The notes: generated by a model not told the origin, from the sequence alone. Shown: positions 51,475 through 60,861, counted from the stretch's first letter. The stretch is 64,000 nt of DNA from an uncultured Gammaproteobacteria bacterium (GCA_965230965.1 OZ246401.1:666937-730936), one strand, 5' to 3'. A program made the numbers and translations.

Positions 51475-53160
51475 TTAGTTATAAATTGCTTTTCGTATAT
51501 ATTCAAACCAAGGCGAGAGGGCAGCTGAACCCTTTTTAAATTCACCTTCCCATGCCTTGTAATCATTGTCGTCTGTTGGCGTTGTGCAGTTGTAATTTCC
51601 TTTTGCTGCTTCTTCTGGACATGGATGCGCTTTTGGTGCGCTTGTTGGAGCCCCAGCTGGGTTTGTAGGTGCTGGTGTGGTGCCGCTACTTGTTGGTTGT
51701 GGGGCACTTGTTGGTTGTCCTGGGACATTACATGTAGGAATATTGCCACTTTTTACTGCATCAACTGCAGCTTTAAGATTTAGACGACCATGGCCGTAGA
51801 TTTCATCCCAGCCGGTTGCGCCCAAGTCATCAGCTGTACATTGCAGCGCATTTTGTACTTGATCTGGTGTTAAATTAGGATTTATGGAAAGTAAAACGGC
51901 AGCAGCACCGACGACGTGAGGTGTTGCCATACTTGTACCTGAGATTGTATTGTAGCCGGTTGAAGGCCATGTTGATTCAATCTGTACGCCCGGAGCAGCA
52001 ATATCATTTGCATTTCCTCGATTGGAGAAAGATGCTGATTGATCGCTTGAAGTCGTTGCGGCGACTGTAATTACTTCTGGATATGCCGCGGGGTAGGTAT
52101 AGTCAGAACTTCCACGTTGTGTCTGGTCTGGAAGCGGACATTTTTGTGATTGTGGTTGTCCCCAACAATTACCAGCAGCCACAATAACTGTGACACCTGA
52201 ATTTTTTGCATTGATTATTGCGTTATGAAAGGTGGTTGAATCACCATTGCCTCCAAGACTCATATTTATGACTTTATTTCCATCGGCTACTGCTTTATTA
52301 ACACCTGCGGCAATACCTGCCATTGATCCTGAACCACCTGAACAGAGTACGGCGTAGCCATTAATACTTACTGCCCAGTTTACGCCGACTACGCCTTGGC
52401 CATTGTCACCAACGGCGCCGATTGTTCCTGCAACGTGCGAGCCATGACCACCAGTGTCAACGGTATCTTGACATCCGGTGCCAACACCCTCACTTTTTAA
52501 CACATTTGCTTTTAAGTCTGGATGATTTACTTCAACACCCGTATCGACGACAGCAACTTTTACGGAGTTGGATCCCGTCGTGATATCCCATGCTTCTTCA
52601 GCATTAATTTTTTTCATTCCCCATAAGTTACTGAATTTTGGATCGTTTGGGGCCTTAGAAGCTGAATATATATAGTTTGGCTCTATATACTCAACATTAT
52701 CCATTTTGTTGTAATCATTGAGGATATCATTAGGATTTGCGTTGCTACTATATTTATATAGATATGTTTCTTTAAAGAGGGCCTCGGCCCCAGGATTGCC
52801 ATAAGTTTCGATTGCTGCAGTAGATTGTAGGTCATATTTATTTTCAAGTGTTTTGAAAGAATTTAATTCTGCTTGTGGGCCAGATTGTATGCCCAAGAGA
52901 GAACGGACGCGACGCAAAAAAGTAGGGGCTTGGTCTTCTGAGGATGTCGCGGCTTGAAGTTGAACAGGTGAGTGGCCATCTTTATATTTAATAATAAACT
53001 GACCAGGAACATATTGACCTGGCTCGAGGGTGTATATCTGTGGCGATGATTGTGCTTGTGCTGGTTTCGATTGATGAAGAAATGTCAATAATCCAATAGC
53101 GAGTAGTGAAACTAATGCAAGGGATAGTAATGAAAATTTAAGATATTTCATATCAATCAA
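51475..53160 (-). CDS. secreted subtilisin-like serine protease (peptidase S8) with an N-terminal propeptide
   Basis: Catalytic triad blocks VAVVDTGVEVNHPDL (Asp), GHGSHVAGTIGA (His) and SGTSMATPHVVGAAA (Ser). Signal peptide, I9-like propeptide (QFIIKYKDG...YIEPNYIYSA), and a Pro/Thr-rich C-terminal tail. Confidence 0.9.
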   Translation of the reverse strand: MIDMKYLKFSLLSLALVSLLAIGLLTFLHQSKPAQAQSSPQIYTLEPGQYVPGQFIIKYKDGHSPVQLQAATSSEDQAPTFLRRVRSLLGIQSGPQAELNSFKTLENKYDLQSTAAIETYGNPGAEALFKETYLYKYSSNANPNDILNDYNKMDNVEYIEPNYIYSASKAPNDPKFSNLWGMKKINAEEAWDITTGSNSVKVAVVDTGVEVNHPDLKANVLKSEGVGTGCQDTVDTGGHGSHVAGTIGAVGDNGQGVVGVNWAVSINGYAVLCSGGSGSMAGIAAGVNKAVADGNKVINMSLGGNGDSTTFHNAIINAKNSGVTVIVAAGNCWGQPQSQKCPLPDQTQRGSSDYTYPAAYPEVITVAATTSSDQSASFSNRGNANDIAAPGVQIESTWPSTGYNTISGTSMATPHVVGAAAVLLSINPNLTPDQVQNALQCTADDLGATGWDEIYGHGRLNLKAAVDAVKSGNIPTCNVPGQPTSAPQPTSSGTTPAPTNPAGAPTSAPKAHPCPEEAAKGNYNCTTPTDDNDYKAWEGEFKKGSAALSPWFEYIRKAIYN

Positions 53161-53645
53161 AACGCGTGAAATGTATAATTTGGTTCTGCGTATTCAACTT
53201 CAGGTAGCGCTTCATATGTTTTAATCGCGTCTTCAATGCTTTTCGAAGGGTCTAATTCGATGACAAATAAGTTTCGCTGATTTTCGTCATTAGCATCAAA
53301 TATGCGTGTTTTGTTTTTTGCACCAGCTTTTTCATCAGCAGCTTGGATACGTGCTAATTTATCTTCTGGTAAAGCCTGTTTTGCCATTTTATATTTGAGA
53401 TTTTCGAAAAAAAGGCGGATAGAACCAAAAGTACTGGATCGCTCGACTTTTCGTTCGTCGACTTTAAGCTGTAGTGCTTGTGGGGAAAGGTCTTTCTTAT
53501 ATTTGACAATGACCTGGTTAGGAGTGGGCTGTGTAGCAAAACTATTGGTTGTGTTGGTTTTAGGTGTTGCGGCCATTGTGGGCGCTATAAGGGCGAAGGA
53601 AGTGAAAGCTGCGAGCAATAAAAGAAATGATATGTGCTTTGCCAT
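53157..53645 (-). CDS. secreted free-standing subtilisin-propeptide (inhibitor I9)-like protein
   Basis: Signal peptide. QVIVKYKKDLSPQALQ ... AIKTYEALPEVEYAEPNYTFHAF mirrors the propeptide of the downstream S8 protease. 4-nt overlap with that gene. Confidence 0.6.
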   Translation of the reverse strand: MAKHISFLLLLAAFTSFALIAPTMAATPKTNTTNSFATQPTPNQVIVKYKKDLSPQALQLKVDERKVERSSTFGSIRLFFENLKYKMAKQALPEDKLARIQAADEKAGAKNKTRIFDANDENQRNLFVIELDPSKSIEDAIKTYEALPEVEYAEPNYTFHAF

Positions 53646-53741
53646 ATTTATATATACACGTTATATGAAAATTTGGTTAATTGCAAGTACTAGTGAGTTC
53701 GACTACAGGGTAGTGGGGTTTGCCATGTATTTCAAGAGCTA

Positions 53742-53903
53742 GCGTGCATCGATGTGCGAAAGCGCTTTGGAATTTTGTACTCATTTTCTACTTTGCTATC
53801 ATGCTTCGATATGCGAAAGCAAGATAAAATGTTGAGCATAATTCTGTGCCATGTTATCGTGCTTCGATGTACGAAAGCATTCATAAAGATGGTTGAGAAG
53901 TAA
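53742..53903. repeat. about 2.5 tandem copies of a ~58-nt unit, each carrying a TGCTTCGATrTrCGAAAGCA hairpin
   Basis: gcgtgcatcgatgtgcgaaagcgc (53742), tatcatgcttcgatatgcgaaagcaagataaaatgttgagcataa (53797), and ttatcgtgcttcgatgtacgaaagcattcataaagatggttgagaagtaa (53854). Lies in the 307-nt intergenic region upstream of the TrpR/YerC-like gene. Confidence 0.6.
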
Positions 53904-53952
53904 GCCTATCTACATAAGAAGATTTTAATCTTACTCATTTATACTCACCAAC

Positions 53953-54240
53953 ATGCACAATGGCGACATTATAACAACGCGAGGTCTTATTGAATCCGAG
54001 TATTTTGACGATCTTGTGCTTCGCTTGGTAGGCATTACGTCTTTTGAAAAAGCTGAACGCTTCATTAAGGCAGTACTTACCCCAAAAGAAGCCTATTTTA
54101 TTGGCCAGCGCACTTTAATAGTGGCCTTTCTAGAAGAAGGTCGCACATATCGCGACATTGCCAAAACTTTACGAGTAAGTTTTTCAACCATTGCACGTGC
54201 TGCCCGCCAAATTCAGGACGAACGCTTTCCAGTCTTGTAA
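53953..54240 (+). CDS. TrpR/YerC-YecD family DNA-binding protein
   Basis: Pattern ...FEKAERFIKAVLTPKEAYFIGQRTLIVAFLEEGRTYRDIAKTLRVSFSTIARAARQI matches the YerC/TrpR helix-turn-helix layout. TATACT box 7 nt upstream of the ATG. Confidence 0.6.
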   Translation: MHNGDIITTRGLIESEYFDDLVLRLVGITSFEKAERFIKAVLTPKEAYFIGQRTLIVAFLEEGRTYRDIAKTLRVSFSTIARAARQIQDERFPVL

Positions 54241-54335
54241 TTTCTACACCCTTGTTATACAATAACAGCTGTTCAGAGACCGCGGGTCGTCGCAAGACAT
54301 AAATTACTAAAAAGTTCCAGCGGTAGAACACATAC

Positions 54336-54899
54336 ATGCCAAATACACAGAAACGTGAATACGTAGAGAATATTGTTAGCTTACTCAAGGAAAATCCTCA
54401 ATTTATTGTTGTGGGTTTTGCCGGAACAAAACACAAGAAGCTTGAAGAATTTCGTGCAAAACTTCGTGAACTTTCCTCAGATCCAACAGCCAAATCAGGG
54501 CTCATGATTCTCAAAAACTCACTATTCAAGGTTGCTTTAGAAAAATTTAATAAAAATGCGCAGCTTGTCTCTTCAGACGAGATTGAAAAAATCGCGGCGG
54601 GAACTGAAGGCCAGTCAGCTGTTCTTTTTCTTTCTGAAGATTGGATAGGTAACCTCAAAACTTTCAAAGGCTTTGCAAAAGAAGAAGAGGGGATGCAATT
54701 TAAAGTTGGATTGATCGACGGTGTTGTGTATGTCCAAGCGGGACTTTCACAGCTTGCTGATCTCCCAGGTAAAGACGAATTGGTTGCAAAGATTATTGGA
54801 TCACTCCGAACTCCATCCACGAAGCTTGTGTATGGTCTTAAGTTTAATGCAACGCAACTCGTAACTGTACTTAAAAATGCTGCAGAGAAAGCTAACTGA
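54336..54899 (+). CDS. rplJ: 50S ribosomal protein L10
   Basis: N-terminus MPNTQKREYVENIVSLLKENPQFIVVGFAGTKHKKLEEFRAKLRE. Position immediately upstream of rplL. Confidence 0.9.
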   Translation: MPNTQKREYVENIVSLLKENPQFIVVGFAGTKHKKLEEFRAKLRELSSDPTAKSGLMILKNSLFKVALEKFNKNAQLVSSDEIEKIAAGTEGQSAVLFLSEDWIGNLKTFKGFAKEEEGMQFKVGLIDGVVYVQAGLSQLADLPGKDELVAKIIGSLRTPSTKLVYGLKFNATQLVTVLKNAAEKAN

Positions 54900-54955
54900 C
54901 ATTATTAGTTCGATAACGATTTATTAAAAGATTATTAGAAGGAGGTGAAAAAGGT

Positions 54956-55393
54956 ATGGCAGATGAACAAACAGAAGAAGTAAAAGAAACAAAGGAAACA
55001 ACGAAACTTTCAGCAAAAGTTGAAAAGATCGCAAAAGAAATAGAAGGTCTTACAGCATTGGAGCTTTCAGAACTGGCAAAGCACCTCGAAGAGGTGTTTG
55101 GTGTGTCCGCAATGCCAGCGATGGCTGCTATGCCAATGGCTGGTGCTCCAGCAGCTGGTGGTGAAGCGGCTGAGGAAAAAACATCCTTCAGCGTTATGCT
55201 CACAGACGCAGGTGCTAATAAACTCGCTGTTATTAAGGCAGTTCGTGAGGTCAAGCCTGAGCTTGGACTTATGGATGCAAAGAAGCTTGTCGAAGAAGCT
55301 CCAAAAGAGATTCTCGCTGGCGCTAAAAAAGAAGACGCTGATGCAGCTGTGGCAAAAATCACAGAAGCAGGCGGTAAAGCAGAACTTAAATAA
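54956..55393 (+). CDS. rplL: 50S ribosomal protein L7/L12
   Basis: C-terminal domain [57 protein letters not shown]. Strong SD GGAGGTG (54941-54947) 8 nt upstream of the ATG. Confidence 0.95.
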   Translation: MADEQTEEVKETKETTKLSAKVEKIAKEIEGLTALELSELAKHLEEVFGVSAMPAMAAMPMAGAPAAGGEAAEEKTSFSVMLTDAGANKLAVIKAVREVKPELGLMDAKKLVEEAPKEILAGAKKEDADAAVAKITEAGGKAELK

Positions 55394-55419
55394 GACCGTG
55401 TCTTGTTTAGGATTGTGCC
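55392..55419 (-). repeat. copy of the conserved ~28-nt motif (reverse orientation) overlapping the rplL stop codon
   Basis: Plus strand aagaccgtgtcttgtttaggattgtgcc is the reverse complement of ggcacaatcctaaacaagacacggtctt. Confidence 0.6.
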
Positions 55420-55446
55420 TTCTTATGAAGAGCAGCTACAAAAAAA

Positions 55447-55470
55447 GGCCCCGATTCGGGGCCTTTTTTT
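55447..55470 (+). terminator. rho-independent terminator after rplL
   Basis: ggccccg-att-cggggcc 7-bp GC stem followed by seven T and preceded by an A-run. Confidence 0.85.
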
Positions 55471-55491
55471 GTGCTCAATAAAATATCCCTA

Positions 55492-55520
55492 TTGACACTG
55501 ATTTTCAGCTATGTTTTACT
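55492..55520 (+). promoter_or_regulatory. promoter TTGACA-17-TTTACT, with the -10 box 7 nt upstream of the ATG at 55528
   Basis: aTTGACActgattttcagctatgtTTTACTtattcctATG. Confidence 0.5.
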
Positions 55521-55527
55521 TATTCCT

Positions 55528-56817
55528 ATGAACACACGGTTCGCCGCTATTGCTGGTACACTTCTCGTTGGCCTATCTCTTTTTGTCACCACGCTCATTA
55601 CGAATAACCTAAATAACAGCACATTATCAACATCTTCGCTTGCAGCGGGGAGAAGCGGCACGTGTAAAGCCTTTGCTACCTGTGAGAAATGCGCTCCAAC
55701 TTGTACTGGCTCACAATGCACTAAAAAAATAACGCAAGTTGGATGTAAATATATAGATGAAAATGGTCAAGAGGTAATTGTGCCCGTGCCAAGCGATATG
55801 CCGCTACCTACGCAACAATATACCGGAGATGGCAATCCTTATGCGTGCATACAACCTAATTCTTGTAGTGTATATGCTGCAAGATTAACCTCAAAATTTC
55901 AAAATTGGTGTGAAGGTTTTTGTAATGGAACAAGACGGGCTCCTCAAAATACTTCAACGCCATCCCCAACACAAGCCGCCACTCAGCCATACTGTACTTC
56001 AACAGTTCCCGCAGGTGCAAGATGTGATGGCTTAGGTGTGTGTTGTGCAAGTGGGTCATTCTGTATAGATCTTGGTGCGCCAGGGAAGTATTGTTTGGGC
56101 ATATCGCCCACACCAGGAGCGTTCCAATGTCTTAATGGTTCATTTAAAGGTTCAAAGTATGGCTGCAATAATCCAAATGTACCAGGAGGTAATCCATGTT
56201 GTGCACCACGAACCTGTAAAGTAGTAGCCGAATACCCTGGACCTCCAAAAAGCTATGATATTGACTGTGTGTTGCCAACATTAACACCAACCCCGTCTCC
56301 AACACCACGAGCAGGTTCGTGCTTTGACTCCTGCAGTGGCAATGCTCCTGGGCAATGTATAGAAGGTTCTTGCAGAAGCTTAAGTGATCCAAGTAATCCA
56401 AATCCAGATTGTAGAACAAAAGGAGATTGTAAATGCATTCGCAATGACACCTGTAAAGATGATAAATCGAAGGATTGTCTTTGCTTCGATCCTCAGTCGT
56501 GTCCAAATCTTGATGAAGGAGATTTTGATTTATGTGGATGTTGGCGTCGAGATGCGACTGGTAAATGTTTGAATCCAGCTGGTGAATGTAAAGCTCCTCT
56601 AGAATGTTCAGAGAAGGTTGGGGTAGGCTACTGTACAAGTAAGTATTGTGTAACCCCAACTCCAACACCAGATTCACCTTGGTTTAAGAATCCCGTTGAC
56701 TCTGAGAGGTCTCAAGAAGTTCGTATTGAAAGAATATTAAGAGCGAATCCCAATGTCACTAGACAACAATTAGAGAGCCTTCCAAATCAATATCGCAGAA
56801 ATCTGGGTCTTGATTAA
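55528..56817 (+). CDS. secreted cysteine-rich protein (hypothetical)
   Basis: TM/signal MNTRFAAIAGTLLVGLSLFV. Many Cys, e.g. GTCKAFATCEKCAPTCTGSQC and PDCRTKGDCKCIRNDTCKDDKSKDCLCFDPQSC. The ORF-track GTG at 55471 abuts the terminator, so the ATG at 55528 is preferred. Confidence 0.6.
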   Translation: MNTRFAAIAGTLLVGLSLFVTTLITNNLNNSTLSTSSLAAGRSGTCKAFATCEKCAPTCTGSQCTKKITQVGCKYIDENGQEVIVPVPSDMPLPTQQYTGDGNPYACIQPNSCSVYAARLTSKFQNWCEGFCNGTRRAPQNTSTPSPTQAATQPYCTSTVPAGARCDGLGVCCASGSFCIDLGAPGKYCLGISPTPGAFQCLNGSFKGSKYGCNNPNVPGGNPCCAPRTCKVVAEYPGPPKSYDIDCVLPTLTPTPSPTPRAGSCFDSCSGNAPGQCIEGSCRSLSDPSNPNPDCRTKGDCKCIRNDTCKDDKSKDCLCFDPQSCPNLDEGDFDLCGCWRRDATGKCLNPAGECKAPLECSEKVGVGYCTSKYCVTPTPTPDSPWFKNPVDSERSQEVRIERILRANPNVTRQQLESLPNQYRRNLGLD

Positions 56818-56823
56818 CATTTA

Positions 56824-56853
56824 TTGACACCCACATTCCGTTTGTGCTATGCT
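56824..56853 (+). promoter_or_regulatory. promoter TTGACA-18-TATGCT, with the -10 box 6 nt upstream of the ATG at 56860
   Basis: aTTGACAcccacattccgtttgtgcTATGCTtgataaATG. Confidence 0.5.
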
Positions 56854-56859
56854 TGATAA

Positions 56860-57438
56860 ATGCTGAATATAAGAAACATTTCTTTATTATTTCTGCTTGG
56901 TTTTTTACTTTTTTCTTCAACTACGCCCACCTATGCACAAAGGCCCGTTGGACAATGCGGTCAATCCTGTCCAGCAGCAGGTTGCCAGGTAGGGAAGCAG
57001 TGTATTAATGGCACGTGCTATGAAGCAGGCTGCAATCCCGCCGGTGGTGATCCTCCATGTTGTAAGTCGCAACGTGTAATCCGTCCAACAACCCCTCCGG
57101 GTGGAGGTGGTGGTGGTGGAGGCAGCCCAACAACTCCTGGCACAACGCCAGGTACTATTGTGACGCCCGGACCTGGTAAAAGTACGACACCTGGCATGAC
57201 ACCATTGACCCCATTTATTACCATAACCCCAGGTGGTCCAGTAGGCGGTTCTGCAGGTGACTGCTCAGGGCCTACAGAAGGTGTAAAAGATGGCAAAGTT
57301 GACCTGGTTGATTTCAATTTACTTCGCAAAGAACTCAGTGGAAGTTCTACAACAGTAGCATGTGATTTCGACACAAATGGTCTTGTAGATTTGTTAGACT
57401 TTAATATATTTAGAATAGCGTTTATCGCTCAGAAATAA
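56860..57438 (+). CDS. small secreted Cys-rich protein with a C-terminal dockerin-like module
   Basis: Signal peptide, CGQSCPAAGCQVGKQCINGTCYEAGC, a Gly/Pro/Thr spacer, and C-terminal KDGKVDLVDFNLLRKELSG / CDFDTNGLVDLLDFNIFRIAF. Confidence 0.7.
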   Translation: MLNIRNISLLFLLGFLLFSSTTPTYAQRPVGQCGQSCPAAGCQVGKQCINGTCYEAGCNPAGGDPPCCKSQRVIRPTTPPGGGGGGGGSPTTPGTTPGTIVTPGPGKSTTPGMTPLTPFITITPGGPVGGSAGDCSGPTEGVKDGKVDLVDFNLLRKELSGSSTTVACDFDTNGLVDLLDFNIFRIAFIAQK

Positions 57439-57444
57439 CGAATA

Positions 57445-58266
57445 ATGAACACAACAACCAGGCTTACCGTACTTGGGTTAGTTTTTGTATTATCCACGTT
57501 ATTTTTCTGGCAAGCAATTAATACCTACCTTATTCCTTCAAAAGCCCAGCTTGCGCCAAATATGAAAATCTTCATATCAGAGAAGGCGATTCAATGTAAC
57601 GATAAAATTGATTCACTTTGTCTCGTGCATATTTTTGGTTCAACGGATGCGACTACTGGTGTTGCGGGTGTGACCGGAGCAATGGCATTTTCAGAGAATC
57701 TTGCACTCCAAGGCATAACTCAGGAAGGATTTTGTGGTCAGGCTTCGTTTGGCCTTGATTTGGTCTTGAAGTATGCGCCAGTGACATCAGGGCTTAAATT
57801 TTCACTAGGTAGCTTAAAGGGTGATAACTTATTGGCTTCTGGCACAAAGTGTATTACAACTGTTGGTTTTAAGCGAGTTCCTACCTCAAATGGTGGTACG
57901 GCAACTGATGCTAAAGTAGTGCTAGCAGATGCAGCACAGTGGCAGGGGGTTGGTTCTAAGGCCATTGTTCCTGATGTTGACACAACACCGGTCGGCATAA
58001 CATTTTCGCCGAATGCACCTATCCCAAGTATTACAATTACACCACCCCCAATAGGTGGACCTGTTAATCCGCCATTAACGCCACCAGCTGGTGGGAGTTG
58101 CTCTACAAAATCAAAAGGCGATTGCAGCTGTGACGGCAAAATAAATGTTGAGGATTGGGAGATACTCAGAAGCTCAATACGAAGTGAAGGTCAAGCGTGC
58201 GATCCAAACGGTGACGGGACTATAAATAGTGTCGATTTATCAATCTGGAAAACTAACCATGACTAA
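57445..58266 (+). CDS. secreted beta-rich (possibly cohesin-like) protein with a C-terminal dockerin-like module
   Basis: Signal/TM anchor. Beta-rich segment ...GVAGVTGAMAFSENLALQGITQEG...KCITTVGFKRV. C-terminal CDGKINVEDWEILRSSI / CDPNGDGTINSVDLSIWKTN. Confidence 0.65.
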   Translation: MNTTTRLTVLGLVFVLSTLFFWQAINTYLIPSKAQLAPNMKIFISEKAIQCNDKIDSLCLVHIFGSTDATTGVAGVTGAMAFSENLALQGITQEGFCGQASFGLDLVLKYAPVTSGLKFSLGSLKGDNLLASGTKCITTVGFKRVPTSNGGTATDAKVVLADAAQWQGVGSKAIVPDVDTTPVGITFSPNAPIPSITITPPPIGGPVNPPLTPPAGGSCSTKSKGDCSCDGKINVEDWEILRSSIRSEGQACDPNGDGTINSVDLSIWKTNHD

Positions 58267-60034
58267 TAACAAGATTTCAATGCGTGTACCATTCTTTATT
58301 TTCGTAGGTCTTGTTGCCATGGTGTTTTTCGGTAGTTTTGTAAATCGCTATGTTCTTCAATCAAACGCTGCTCAAAGCAAGATCAGCGTTGAATTTTCTC
58401 CACAAACAGGAACACTTGGCGATGCACCATTCCGCATTGTTCTAAAGCCCGAAAAAACAACAGACAAAGTTTCTGGAGCAGATGTCACCTTGACTGTACA
58501 AAATGGAACAATTAGTTCATGGCTTCCTTGTAAGCCGCTCGAAGAAGGAAAGACGCCGCAAATAAAGCCCTTGATTGAAACGATTGGTACAAATCCACGA
58601 TATAGCTGTGTTGTGCTTGATAAAGATGAGAATTTGGTATCCGGCTTGATTATCTCTGGAGCAGTGCAGTGTTCTGGAACAGCACCTGTCATTATTTCAC
58701 TTGACACACAAAAATCACAAGTGAGTGGTCCTGTTGAAGGGGCTTTGTATAGCTTTAATCCTTCACAAACGGTGACATACACCTGTAATGGTGCAGGAAC
58801 AACACCAACGCCAATTCCTTCAGATGTAAGTGCAGAGTTTGATCCAACGACCTGTCGTGGCGATAAGGGGAGCGCGTGTAATTATGGCTTGACCATCAAA
58901 TCTAACGATGGCGCAAAGAAAATTTCAGGGTATTTTGTAAAGATTAATTTTGATAAGACTATTCTTAAAGGAAAAGCGGCTGCAGGCCCAGCATCGGTAA
59001 AAGGATTGCTTGCACAAGCAATTGTGCCTACAAATACTCCTGCTCCTGTAATTAATGCACCAACAGCTGTACCTGCCGCACCAACAGCAGCACCGGGAGC
59101 TCCAACAACAGCGCCGGGTACACCGACGGGTATAGCTTCGACACCAACTGTTACTGGTGGTGTGACACCAACCGGTTCTATAACAGGCACAATAACACCT
59201 CCCGTAGGTGGTGGGAAACCTGTCATTGTGCCTCCAAAAGAATCTACCTGTAGTATGGTTACTGCTGATGTCGATAATGAAAAAGGTGTCATGACATTGC
59301 TTTATGTGTGTGATAGCGCAAGTGCAGAGCTTAAAACAAGCTATACAAACACACTTACGTTTGATGCTATCGCCGAGGGCGAAGGGTCTTTAAGTATTGC
59401 AGATGTTCAGGTTGTAGGCCCACAAGCAGTGGCTGGGCTTTATAGTGTGAATAAAGGCACAGCAAAATATATTATTGGTCAGGGCGGTGGAAACGTTGAT
59501 GTGAAACTCAAGCTTCGCATGCAAGGTATTACCAAGAAGCCATCCAAGCGCGATACTATGCAGGTTCGCATCGGTGTGGGTGATGGTGGACTAGCCGAGC
59601 CAGTCTATAAGACCGTCGAATTCAAATCCGATGAAAACGGCCACTTTAGTGGAACAGCGAGCTTCAATGTTCCATCACGCAAAGATTATAAGCTGCTCGT
59701 GAAGTGTGAACACTGCTTACAACGCAAGGTTTGTGATAAAGATGCAAAAGAAGCCGAAGCAGCTTCATACAGCTGTGATAAAGGAAAGATTGAGCTTAAA
59801 AATGGTCAAAATAGCTTCGATCTCTCAGGTATAGTGCAATTAGCATGTGATATTCCTGCCGGCAAACAGGATGGCGTGTGTAACTCAGCTGACTTTGCAC
59901 TCGTACGCAACCTGCTCGGAAAGACCGATGAAGATTCTCTTCGAAAAGCTGACTTGAACTTTGACGGCATCGTCAATGCCCTCGATTTCTCAATAATGAC
60001 AGCGTCACGAATAAATGTTGCAGATATAAAATGA
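58259..60034 (+). CDS. secreted multi-module (cohesin-like repeats?) protein with a C-terminal dockerin-like module
   Basis: Signal/TM anchor (ATG at 58259, MTNNKISMRVPFFIF). Beta-rich modules KISVEFSPQTGTLGDAPFRIVLKPEKTTDKVSGADVTLTV and KKISGYFVKINFDKTILKG. PA/T linker. C-terminal CNSADFALVRNLLG / DLNFDGIVNALDFSIMTA. Confidence 0.7.
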   Translation: MTNNKISMRVPFFIFVGLVAMVFFGSFVNRYVLQSNAAQSKISVEFSPQTGTLGDAPFRIVLKPEKTTDKVSGADVTLTVQNGTISSWLPCKPLEEGKTPQIKPLIETIGTNPRYSCVVLDKDENLVSGLIISGAVQCSGTAPVIISLDTQKSQVSGPVEGALYSFNPSQTVTYTCNGAGTTPTPIPSDVSAEFDPTTCRGDKGSACNYGLTIKSNDGAKKISGYFVKINFDKTILKGKAAAGPASVKGLLAQAIVPTNTPAPVINAPTAVPAAPTAAPGAPTTAPGTPTGIASTPTVTGGVTPTGSITGTITPPVGGGKPVIVPPKESTCSMVTADVDNEKGVMTLLYVCDSASAELKTSYTNTLTFDAIAEGEGSLSIADVQVVGPQAVAGLYSVNKGTAKYIIGQGGGNVDVKLKLRMQGITKKPSKRDTMQVRIGVGDGGLAEPVYKTVEFKSDENGHFSGTASFNVPSRKDYKLLVKCEHCLQRKVCDKDAKEAEAASYSCDKGKIELKNGQNSFDLSGIVQLACDIPAGKQDGVCNSADFALVRNLLGKTDEDSLRKADLNFDGIVNALDFSIMTASRINVADIK

Positions 60035-60861
60035 TAGAAGAATTGAAAGAACACAAATCGCTGTTGATAGCTCTTATAGTGGTCCTTTTACTGGCTGCTG
60101 GTGGCATTATGTTCCTTCAAGGAACGCGCAAAGGCACGAGCATTCAAACCGGGAAGAAAAATAGTGTTACCCCAAGTTCAAATGAGGTTGTAAAAGGAAG
60201 ATTGAGCATAGAGCCAATGACAGGTAGACAAATTTATGAAGTGGGTGAGTCGATCACGCTTTTATTGCGTGGCAATTCTGATGGAAAAGATGCAGTTGGT
60301 TTTGATGCAGCAGTTAAAGTAAATCAAGATGTAATGACGTTTAGTCAAGTCAAGTCTCTGCTCACCACATTCGAAACCTTTAGTAACGTAAATGCAGAGC
60401 GCGTATATATTGGGGGGATTCGAAAGCTAGATAGTAAAAATGCTACAGTTCTTGATAATACCGATCTTGCTGAGGTTACGTTTAAAGCACGAAGTGAAGG
60501 TCATTCAAATGTTGATTTCCTCTTTAAACCTGACGACACAACAGAATCAAACATTGTCCTTACAAGCTCAAAAGACGGTCTGGGAGATGTAAAAGGTACT
60601 GATATTTATGTAGGAAAGAAGGTTGCGCTTACTACAGATAGTGCTGTAGTTGTCCCTAACGCGAATTTCAGATTAACATTAAAAAACATAACAACCGAGT
60701 CGGCTCAAATTGACATTGCCCTGGGCAATCAAACTGATACAAAGAAATTTACATGGGGGGTTGGAGGAACAGTATCAAAAAATATAGAAACGTTTTCTGG
60801 TTTTATGTTTCAAGTTGAAAAAACAAGCCCGAATGGCGTAACTGTCTATTATGGAAGATGA
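60031..60861 (+). CDS. membrane-anchored cohesin-like domain protein
   Basis: TM helix LLIALIVVLLLAAGGIMF, then RLSIEPMTGRQIYEVGESITLLLRGNSDGKDAVGFDAAVKVNQDVMTFSQV..LAEVTFKARSEG. ATGA overlap with the upstream gene. Confidence 0.6.
   Translation: MIEELKEHKSLLIALIVVLLLAAGGIMFLQGTRKGTSIQTGKKNSVTPSSNEVVKGRLSIEPMTGRQIYEVGESITLLLRGNSDGKDAVGFDAAVKVNQDVMTFSQVKSLLTTFETFSNVNAERVYIGGIRKLDSKNATVLDNTDLAEVTFKARSEGHSNVDFLFKPDDTTESNIVLTSSKDGLGDVKGTDIYVGKKVALTTDSAVVVPNANFRLTLKNITTESAQIDIALGNQTDTKKFTWGVGGTVSKNIETFSGFMFQVEKTSPNGVTVYYGR

Noticed and set aside
53752-53903. Two small Cys-containing ORFs across the tandem repeats: MCESALEFCTHFLLCYHASICESKIKC (53752..53835) and MLSIILCHVIVLRCTKAFIKMVEK (53829..53903).
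   Set aside because: The repeat period of ~58-59 nt shifts the frame between units, so the peptides are unrelated although the DNA is repeated. Conservation is therefore not at the protein level.
54241-54335. Possible L10 autoregulatory leader upstream of rplJ.
   Set aside because: I could not fold a convincing kink-turn or L10-binding mimic by eye. A TAGAAC box lies 6 nt from the ATG, which suggests little or no leader. This needs a covariance-model scan.
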